A DNA stretch of 64,000 nt from a virus, in the IMG/VR virus record IMGVR_UViG_3300025276_000021; one strand, written 5' to 3'. Shown here piece by piece: positions 61,101 to 64,000 of this stretch (within the stretch, counting starts at the first letter, position 1; each line of letters starts with the position of its first letter). The notes beneath the pieces were generated by a model. That model saw only the letters and a list, made by a program, of their open reading frames with translations, had not been told where the DNA came from and made no database searches. The position numbers and the translations under genes are program-made.

Positions 61101-61586
61101 AGAGTCAATAGACACGTTATCAATATGGGCACTGTCAATATCGGCATATTGTATATAAGCACTATCAACAGAAATATTATGAATATAGGCACTATCTGCT
61201 CCCAAATAAGTTATATGTGCTGAATCTGACATAAGGTTGTTAATGACTGCGCTATCAGCATCAAGAAATCTAATGTAAGCAGAATCTATGCTTGCATTTG
61301 TAATTTCAGCACTATCTAATTTCAGATAGTCTAAGTTTCTGTCAGGTCCAAGTACAGCAACCATTCCCGCAGAAGCTATTCCTGGAGTAGAATTGAGTAT
61401 TTCTGTAAATCTTTCTCCACCAATCACAGCTATTGCTGAGGCATCACCAGTAGAGTTAATTGCTGGACCTATTCCAATATATAGTTGCTTTGAAGCGTCT
61501 GCATAAGAATATGCTAATTCACCAACTTTTAGTGATGCTGGAGTTAATAGATCGCCGGATCGTTTTATTCGGATAATTGCTGGCAT
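46158..61586 (-). CDS. giant tail-fibre/adhesin-like virion protein (5142 aa) with YadA-head-like repeats and DSA repeats
   Basis: N-terminus IRIKRS...L..GELAYS; AIAIG-type repeats at about 50540-52520 and 57300-59330; PDALNTLVELASALGND fibre motif; late promoter upstream. Confidence 0.75.
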   Translation of the reverse strand: MPAIIRIKRSGDLLTPASLKVGELAYSYADASKQLYIGIGPAINSTGDASAIAVIGGERFTEILNSTPGIASAGMVAVLGPDRNLDYLKLDSAEITNASIDSAYIRFLDADSAVINNLMSDSAHITYLGADSAYIHNISVDSAYIQYADIDSAHIDNVSIDSAYIRYADVDSAHIDNVSIDSAYVKFMDLDSGHIDNVTIDSAYVKYADIDSAHVDNLDVDSAHIDHATINYANIDSADISQVDIDSAYISRADIDSANIGQLTSDSAEITYATIHTSYQPLITGPSTITIDPSGIGDNTGKVLIKGDLQIDGDQTIVNSTVVSTNDKNILIADSAINDAAADGAGITVYGEPSAGIYGRASIYWDATENKWRTSVGIITPTIDADSGRIAKLSGSHVIYDSGTISQFTSDSAFITQNEGIVLNYNLGYIDKTFVDSMFWNFADEHRLIFTDNNNRLVQDSGLIYGSSVSANHGTDVGLQIGKKIVAGNAGAGGEGFAADADSGWYNTRITNDGTLTTNNLFAETLKIGDSSLGRNYSGTDRGVITPHTFYGIETTLDSFTSTLQNNTFKSDISKDSAIASRIAGEDISLVTIKSNADSNLLELRKDGSLNMTGDLFKDGEKYTAGGIFDKTPFGPAGDIADVQYVPDPAKVHGPTGIGSRVAIGKSNPKFDIDATGKTFSFSAQIASTALNPTPSGPIVYPLQPSAQNEILASLGYPTVSDDSDKSRLLFDTTQARFRAGYFDFTDIAGNEPSAFGGFSAAFGKNTRASIFSFAAGDTSRAYAPHSFSVGKTNRVGTFQANSGAYSIAIGKDNEVIDFQGPGNYAAYHWEPTFNSTNPTTGIAIGELNVVNADIGIAIGKLNLADSNNSIAIGSNNSVAELSIGIGNYNIVGGSASIAIGGEAGTPNVVSGNASYVLGKGHNVGANLSFAFGSGSTIATGNTNSFAFGKNLDIRGDNSVGFNLGVGTGSKTWVPTTADNFMSIQEGSVTIGSDSDLVEAGISVGVGNLLVKGDLIYEGSFFKRGPNGVENTNPWIDDGIQTTYSEPNKNLGVYTPAPNHILEITGDILVRGDYSSNYKNLVDHFDSAAGTSSFAQYRSAGGVNAAPSLFTYYPEGGILRAGQIIASQHSNDSMGAHSIGIGYKNKVIGDYSTVLGGNTSHAAGDYSMVANAFSTSKVDSLGSYSTVIGAFDGNIYGTKSIILGGQSVNIGGVGQSSQPSYSMILNSVSSQIDSTSDYSSMISAASGSRIKSQRNTIIGGAGAVTLEANYAAAFNVQGSTTISGTYATALNASGTIEGSRAIAIGGTNHTISGSRSISIGGNNTKIIGANSVSIAMGTGSNHIKGSYSVFIGEGNKDSDRSSLNGTTGTRSGNFFIGRDNIVDSAAHNLQNAYVIGKDNRIATTLSKPVFLLGQKTTLTNPPGGHANQIVLSNPTSSNLVGESNNTKVAIGRSYARGALDVSGGTIHFGYKSGVMTDGTGVSGTPLIVPGDSYDATIYVNDIELRDYIFGIEPVDIEIVPEPVALPLSTVIDIEQSNPAVVVVQNTNGLLTIGKTIQFELPAVSTIGQFLNDSIYTISAIGPQGDSFSLRDITDTTNVSTLKGTSRSKLSAGVITLNNTGDPATDNYDPSFWGAVSGTSIPFGAYLKLQPKPVISVAPSRFKNSVIIDSDLIVKGTTTLGDSLSVAKDVIVNGNYLDVTSGYIKGGNYLDIASYGKFGDSITAGGDLTIAGSLTGATFGEFSDSITAGGDLTIAGSLTGATFGEFSDSITAGGDLTIGGSLTGATFGEFSDSITAGGDLTIAGSLTGATTALFGDSVYITGKLTVAGSVHWLDDTDNDSFYIGYNALGNPMSLDSFVVRPGSAIYNAVFDMFDTDYVQQRVDSENNWRVLPDALVYNPNDEPKAVAIGLSNDQAWTGQYKTMADGATNVGTFQTTAYQQSTSFNKGNLSGGTGDSIGLDVQGRLNVRTNPFNMNKAMYKNGVYNGGTPPIMANGEGWPSKSWMIQENYLDQTHIRAQFDSALYKSFIDSSYILSAADSAWIQHVLVPNTPYDDTNWIKQDGGGGITASWIQAQIDSAFVISVWDSDYYWKHDSFNAVYIGAPHPVTGDDEANSFRYDGKLKIAINKTGREATHNLDVLGSGNFDSDLEVKGDVYFENMLSVGSYSGLDNIGANENKIVGTKGLYVGDSTHLRGGLLVLGHDNVLDSEYTFTFDSSYLNLRQAKTLNTVELQTQIGNPDAGADEQHVSFLFNDSVDDRYTRIVRVDSNGNSSVLVQGVHYDSLGNTALFDSAIYGIGGVYNALKTHINYSKTVYVLETALATNDISATANSRWMYPDTTSTRNTIILAAKKYDDAGVLQDKDSNLIDDNGDSLDINAGISLHGVNDPIVKLLDSLGNFKGQLTNDNNRDFKIINNQYIEIYDDLRLSSEPFPGGNSAAVSDSLGTIKLGDKFIIQDYSVKLTSETNIFGPTNLYGEVVLGSAAMATAAKPGYPHIGSRFTTHDSFIVKGGMRFESNATGTLEFFQDVHVDSQSTWFFGPSKTITNSTIVPAVLEDKQESDGSGTLSGRVESDGGPNLTNSFVQGTPTGVIHLRTEKDGYGHYSNIIAASTIDSSYNLAKGMDSHIIDNLAAAANTTIKQLTMDPNGVMYYGAIQNISSSAFKQDSDGIGNSLGKIESDGTFDGTLGPWYDPTNADPAIAARNPDSAGNPRRTVVTTVTGKQATLDSYVVRVLESLPLNDIPTLTLSLPVTIHDSVYNRTLTVEDSIDAGGNIKAGGNIDVGGKSFFKDDIDVDSQGSVFVSNPMYYFKHESDGTGSGIKTVFPPNTYNQYHSTLKHVRAQKFFETSVNYQTFFTTEGDAQNVMYKIESDGSPVFGGKAYTTPTGKLHHVLNADGTRKILRVDVDDHIARIVDSDYIGTRLETPWNIEQTGSQKKIYYDEEGAVIIGPKNTLLATDDFTKFIVDSGNAVFLSSILEADQNNPIRGSIPNYNSASSMMWFGTRGALRIGALDYATSADFWKDSNVGFKSIAIGSNTRAGHHSTALGNDTKAGVTFDETVSGSVNRTHAVSIGQTIINENFGSVALGQGITNTDVNTVHRFSTNNIVSIGQTIFSYGANNLSIGATINTPTANLAANIVSIGKGLTTLTTNADNSILIGKDVSISKTALAIGYTINTTNALNSTIMGHTITTNNAASSIVMGRNFSIDNAANSVFVGASNFSSQRGSEVVSIGRNNITTTTSARRSVVVGTGAKSTRSDAVAVGNNAVVNSAQAVAVGKDVEVQTRGSHGVVIGRNSKVNSHYGSSIGYDVEVTGSSNATGIGRQIYAAGGGTAIGNSLYATSGGLAIGQNVYAYGANGLALGRSVKSGNSGVVIGEGSLINGTNAVSIGKGNSAASSNGVAIGRSNKTTGNSGVAIGMNNLASGGTAFASGHGSVASGTQSTAIGYRTLASGRLSVSVGRNNTVGTNSTGVGSSNTVGTNYIVIGHGNSTSSSGNYEYTVGTYNTGNVDTNVVGRSNTGNNSSEIFGNSNTGNYRVTIFGHSNTASTSSTNNNLESMVYGRANTVAGYNGIAFGSSNQVSYSGQAFGKSNTTDGGIAFGHNNTASTSNSFSSAFGRLNNAASDGIAFGRSNTVTNNAIAFGRDITAANNAIAIGRNISADGLNTISLGHNVSTAATATNSVSIGLGSTQVTSSTPDTLSIQGGTVIIGQDVVNTVPSSPTLNSSTKSVTTSNGAWSNTDIGLEVYGNINVCGDVGGRNNQFFVQGMRLYDYIRQIASDSDHIKFIADSDYIHSAVTKEYLRQTQTDDMFFQNDNSGPTGDLLYNGQGAVGIGLDKSSFDNNPNYLRYPPNGFDYKPAIPYKLDVKGNVNLDGLTYQGDVILPLVQEDAVYLNHVTEAYTISISEESATLWFDSTYINERASFGGNPLHANDSVAVFEMIDADYINDRVDTTPWPSFEDLQERLDSAIDPSMIAFRVNGPSPKFGNDYPITPTGWTQFTNPSAFEALYNTKVGIGKSPYDVTLISGNTIVQGTELIDFLGKTTPGASNAGLGVGGKVVISGPQDPAGFVEKAALEIWNGHIEINGEKLQITNVFEEGSTYTVYDNTKFLGIGKTTPAFELDVAGKINADDGVFINSVNIVDLLDSDYVKTVASYEWIRELADSDYIHSAADSDHISTIVNENYLKEIIDSAYIHSAADSDHIKFIADSAYILGTDLKSVIDSAYILSAADSAYVLGTDLKSVIDSAYILSAADSAYVLGTDLKSVIDSAYILSAADSAYVKTVADSAYILSAADSAYILSAADSGYIQSVLNSAHNVIPAAHEIYDLGSPTRAWRDLHLSGNTINLGGISLSSSPTGISIADENGIASKVIGIDSNAASNMIDSAYVQSRANITWIKSVADSAYILSADLKSVIDSAYITSISNIFVDSAYVQSRQEAASASDIANVVTTAYINTAIGIGTSDIDFGANKIAYSNNYPTIASMPSPSTYEGMFAMQAGKPRVAQGGSWNVLPTEDFVRTIADSAVNGLVGAAPDALNTLVELASALGNDSNFSTTITNSIADKLPLAGGTLTGDLNLGSNKVLYSNVYSTEGDLPSASTYHGMFAHVHGTQKAYYSHAGNWIQLANASDIDSAYINARVVIPPAFDSADASFVAGNLVDSAYVNARVVIPAAFDSADASFVAGNLVDSAYIQARVSAGTDSAAIVNLIDSAYIGARVTVSEETVANTVDSAYIQARVGTTTGFDIYKYTATQNQTVFTGNDENGIALEFLATNNSPLVYFNGALLRFNDDYTRTGTDTVTLNTAADSTDEITIMGFKNATGSVVYNTTTQVAYTKPKFVNYKFEADSGSTVFTGTDVNGINASFDADKIQVFNNGIRLVLGADYSVTATNTITTTYGLDSGDEIIINAIVHGTELYDASILDSADIIEIAGGSSGGGLTVSDTAPASPEEGQMWFDPEALETYVYYTDDNATSQWVKANPSGASSVVSLIDSAYINARVSSGSSGTDSASVIGLIDSAYINARVVIPAAFDSADVVGIVDSAYISARTSAPNSWSEVTSTVTVTAGQRLILDTSTAIVVNLPVTATLGDEIRIIDGTGNASTNNITINRNGHKIEASDSDLTIDVDRAAFGLVYYNTANGWLFTEK
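47460..47712 (-). repeat. 84-bp coding tandem repeat (DSAYxNARVVIPxAFDSADASFVAGNLV); related copy near 46470-46630
   Basis: Near-identical DNA units. Confidence 0.75.
48688..49170 (-). repeat. coding tandem repeats, 69-bp unit IDSAYILSAADSAYVLGTDLKSV plus 27-bp subunits
   Basis: Near-identical units such as gcacttaaaatatatgcactatcaataacagattttaaatctgt. Confidence 0.85.
56164..56435 (-). repeat. 72-bp coding tandem repeat, about 4 copies (FSDSITAGGDLTIAGSLTGATFGE)
   Basis: Almost identical DNA copies of caatagttagatcgcctccggctgtaat. Confidence 0.9.
60780..61320 (-). repeat. 10-aa periodic DSA(Y/H)I repeat, 18 DS motifs
   Basis: IDSAYIRYADVDSAHIDNVS...; degenerate at the DNA level. Confidence 0.85.
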
Positions 61587-61617
61587 AAAAACTTTACCTT
61601 AAATTTAGATTCAATTG

Positions 61618-61625
61618 TATTTATA
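61618..61625 (-). promoter_or_regulatory. T4-type late promoter
   Basis: TATAAATA upstream of the 5142-aa gene. Confidence 0.75.
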
Positions 61626-61629
61626 CAAA

Positions 61630-61869
61630 CTAGAAGCCTTCTCCCGCATCAATGATCTGTTTATCCAATAAAATACTGGCATCATATTGTCCAGATATTG
61701 GATTGTAAACCAATAGTTGACCATCCGCAGCGACATTGTTCGGTGCATTAACATTTTGCAATTCACCTAGGTCTGATACAACTCTAATTTGCGCGACCTG
61801 AGGAACAGGAGTGCCCACAACAACCCTTTTGATAATTGTGTTGGAACTTACTACTTTTACATTTGACAT
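61630..61869 (-). CDS. small virion-associated protein
   Basis: LGELQNVN...DGQLLVYN...IDAGEGF fibre-like motif; AGGAG RBS. Confidence 0.6.
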   Translation of the reverse strand: MSNVKVVSSNTIIKRVVVGTPVPQVAQIRVVSDLGELQNVNAPNNVAADGQLLVYNPISGQYDASILLDKQIIDAGEGF

Positions 61870-61878
61870 TTTTTTCTC

Positions 61879-62265
61879 CTAAGATATGCCCGGCGTGACT
61901 GTGAGGGTGCCCTCTAATATCCTCTCCACTATATTAGAATTTGTCGCAGAATCAATACTTGTTATTTCAACGTCATAGACGTATCTACCGGGTTTCATAG
62001 TTTCTGTCTGAATATTAGTTAGCGATAGTTGTAAAATATTAGGATTATTCAAATCTAAAAATGAAGTATTAAAAGAAACGAAAGTTGCAGAATCCGCTGT
62101 ATAACTTTTCGCTACTTTACCCGAAGCAGTAAATGGAGCAATTGTTGCACCAGTATTAGGATCAAGTTTTTTAAATTTTTTCTCGCTGCCGTCTGTGTTG
62201 AAACACTCTAGGCTTATCATAATATCGCTACCTTGATCAACCATAATATCTTCCGATTGTGCCAT
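61879..62265 (-). CDS. conserved T4-like virion/baseplate-associated protein
   Basis: VDQGSD...GRYVYDVEI...RILEG.LTVTPG. Confidence 0.7.
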   Translation of the reverse strand: MAQSEDIMVDQGSDIMISLECFNTDGSEKKFKKLDPNTGATIAPFTASGKVAKSYTADSATFVSFNTSFLDLNNPNILQLSLTNIQTETMKPGRYVYDVEITSIDSATNSNIVERILEGTLTVTPGIS

Positions 62266-62275
62266 TTATTATCTC

Positions 62276-63553
62276 CTATGTAAATGTTGGTGTGTCTGGA
62301 TCAAGCCCTGATGATGGGGTAATATGAGGACCATAATCACCATCAAAAAACATAATTCTTACAAAAGCGTCACCACCAGACTCTGACGCATATGGACCAT
62401 AATTAGCGTATTGGCCCTCGCCGCCAAAACCATATCCAGTAGCAAAGCCTGCTCTGCCCATAAATGCGTTAACGCCTTGCGACCGCCAATAACCGCCAGA
62501 AGGTTGAGTATTAGACCATAAACGAATTTTATTCACACTGTATATTTCATAACCTCTCCCGCGAAGTTTATTTGAGAGTTGATCACTCGCTAAAAACCCT
62601 GCCGCTGCGCCACCATAACCACCTTTGCTGTTAATTCCATAAGCAGATGTATTGCCTCCGACTACGAGACGTCCCGTCCCGTAGTCCTCACGGTACGCAT
62701 ATGGAACATAACCCATACCGCCTTGTCCACCATTTAGCCATATATCAGAGCCATTAGTTCCATTACTTCCACTATTATTATCAGCAGATGGACTATATAA
62801 AGTTCTTGTGTTCCCTCCGAAATAATCCGCACCAACGTCATAGTCTGCTATTAATTTCGATTTCGATTGTGAAGCCAGTCCTCCAGGAACTCTCAACGCA
62901 TAGGTCGTGTTCACTTTAACATAAGTCTCTGCGCCGTTATTATTATTTCCACCATTGCTGTACTGTGTTCCAAAAGTTCCTCTGGAACCAGCGATGGCGT
63001 TATTATCATAGACGCCGCCGGAGCTGGCACCACCTGCTCCGACTTGGATATTGATTACATCACCGCCCGAAACTTGCTGTTGAAATTTTATTGCATATGC
63101 GCCGCCATTACCACCAGTGGCTGCTGAACCACCAAAAGTGCTCTCTTGTTGACCACTACCCCAACCGCCGGGTGGACTAATTAGCGCCATACCAACTGTA
63201 CCACTGCCACCAGAACCTTGAATGATTATTCTCATATGTTTATAGCCGCTATTTTGGGGTATCTGAAAACTATGTGGCGTGGTGACCCCTACCGAAGAAC
63301 AAAAAAAATGTTCATCCCAAAATGGCCGGACGCTAAAATTGCCTAAAGATATTTTTCCAGATTCTGGAACACCATACTCATTACTTCCCAAAAGATATGC
63401 ACCGTCTGAGTCTGATACAAGTCCACCGCCCTTGTAATAACTAGAAAGGCTTACAGGTGAACTTCCACCAAAATGGGTCTGTAGTTCACTTAATCGTAAA
63501 TCATCTCCAAATAAAGGATACTGATTATTGGGTATAAAACGTCTAGTTGCCAT
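62276..63553 (-). CDS. glycine-rich fibre-tip adhesin (gp38-like role)
   Basis: LSELQTHFGG..PVSLSSYYKGG N-domain like 22083-23858; Gly-rich motifs; follows an S74-type fibre. Confidence 0.6.
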   Translation of the reverse strand: MATRRFIPNNQYPLFGDDLRLSELQTHFGGSSPVSLSSYYKGGGLVSDSDGAYLLGSNEYGVPESGKISLGNFSVRPFWDEHFFCSSVGVTTPHSFQIPQNSGYKHMRIIIQGSGGSGTVGMALISPPGGWGSGQQESTFGGSAATGGNGGAYAIKFQQQVSGGDVINIQVGAGGASSGGVYDNNAIAGSRGTFGTQYSNGGNNNNGAETYVKVNTTYALRVPGGLASQSKSKLIADYDVGADYFGGNTRTLYSPSADNNSGSNGTNGSDIWLNGGQGGMGYVPYAYREDYGTGRLVVGGNTSAYGINSKGGYGGAAAGFLASDQLSNKLRGRGYEIYSVNKIRLWSNTQPSGGYWRSQGVNAFMGRAGFATGYGFGGEGQYANYGPYASESGGDAFVRIMFFDGDYGPHITPSSGLDPDTPTFT

Positions 63554-64000
63554 TTACTTTTTCTTTTAATTCATTAATATCAGATTTTAAGTCTTTGATT
63601 GCTTCAATAATTAAACCCATCATGTTACCATAACGAACAGCTTTATATTCACCATCAAATTCATAAACAACTTCTGGTAAAACAGATTCAACTTCATCTG
63701 CCATGACACCTGTCATTTTTTCTTCACGACCAATATAGTTAAATGTGTACCCAGAAAGAGTCATTACTTTGTCAATAGCATTGTCAATGACTTCTATATT
63801 TTCTTTGAGTTTTCTATCAGACGCACTATTGAACGCGGTAATATCACCATTAGATGTAATTGCACTATCAGCATGTAATGTTGATGAGAGGGATAATGAA
63901 ACACCATTATCACCTACGTCTGATCTTAAATATTTTGGATCAGTTAGAGTTGCAATCATTGTTGCAGAATCTATTCCAGGAGGGGATCTTTCTATGATAT
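63543..64000 (-). CDS. tail fibre C-terminus with peptidase S74 chaperone (5' truncated)
   Basis: ASDRKLKENI...GYTFNY...GVMADEV...VRYGNMMGLIIEAIKDL; frame stays open to the window edge. Confidence 0.8.
   Translation of the reverse strand, partial: IIERSPPGIDSATMIATLTDPKYLRSDVGDNGVSLSLSSTLHADSAITSNGDITAFNSASDRKLKENIEVIDNAIDKVMTLSGYTFNYIGREEKMTGVMADEVESVLPEVVYEFDGEYKAVRYGNMMGLIIEAIKDLKSDINELKEKVNGN

Noticed and set aside
75-61223. Many short plus-strand and alternate-frame ORFs in the track (for example 2060-2368, 5604-6035, 18385-18768, 59506-59937)
   Set aside because: They are shadows of long, recognisable minus-strand genes and have no RBS or protein motifs.
23858-64000. DS enrichment as a DNA-level GANTC methylation-site bias
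   Set aside because: Many DS pairs use GAT-AGT/AGC codons, which contain no GANTC.

Overview
64 kb of an AT-rich, large T4-like (Tevenvirinae/Kyanoviridae-type architecture) myophage genome, almost all coded on the minus strand. From the right end it contains tail-fibre/adhesin and giant virion genes (up to 5142 aa), neck/tail/terminase genes gp13-gp19, portal gp20, an inserted fibre+adhesin cassette, head genes gp67/68-like, gp21, gp22 and gp23, then gp3, uvsY, uvsW, gp55, gp47/46, gp45/44/62, regA, an accessory block, hsp20 and the start of DNA polymerase gp43. T4 late promoters (TATAAATA) and near-consensus sigma70 promoters are visible. No cyanophage markers are present; an hsp20 with ROSE/RpoH-like control hints at a (alpha)proteobacterial host, which is inference. 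The main candidate novel system is the block at 2006-7345: seven otherwise unrelated proteins all begin with a T4 capsid-targeting-like peptide (M-K-S/T-F-x-x-aromatic-I/L-x-E). The cargo includes a CCA-adding enzyme, a RelA/SpoT-type HD hydrolase, an HNH protein and two possible ADP-ribosyltransferase-fold paralogues. This suggests a virion-packaged, co-injected tRNA-repair/anti-defence toolkit. Other notable signals: pervasive Asp-Ser motifs in virion proteins, a ROSE RNA thermometer, a circularly permuted copper-site module and a split gp14. All calls are by eye; no database searches were run.
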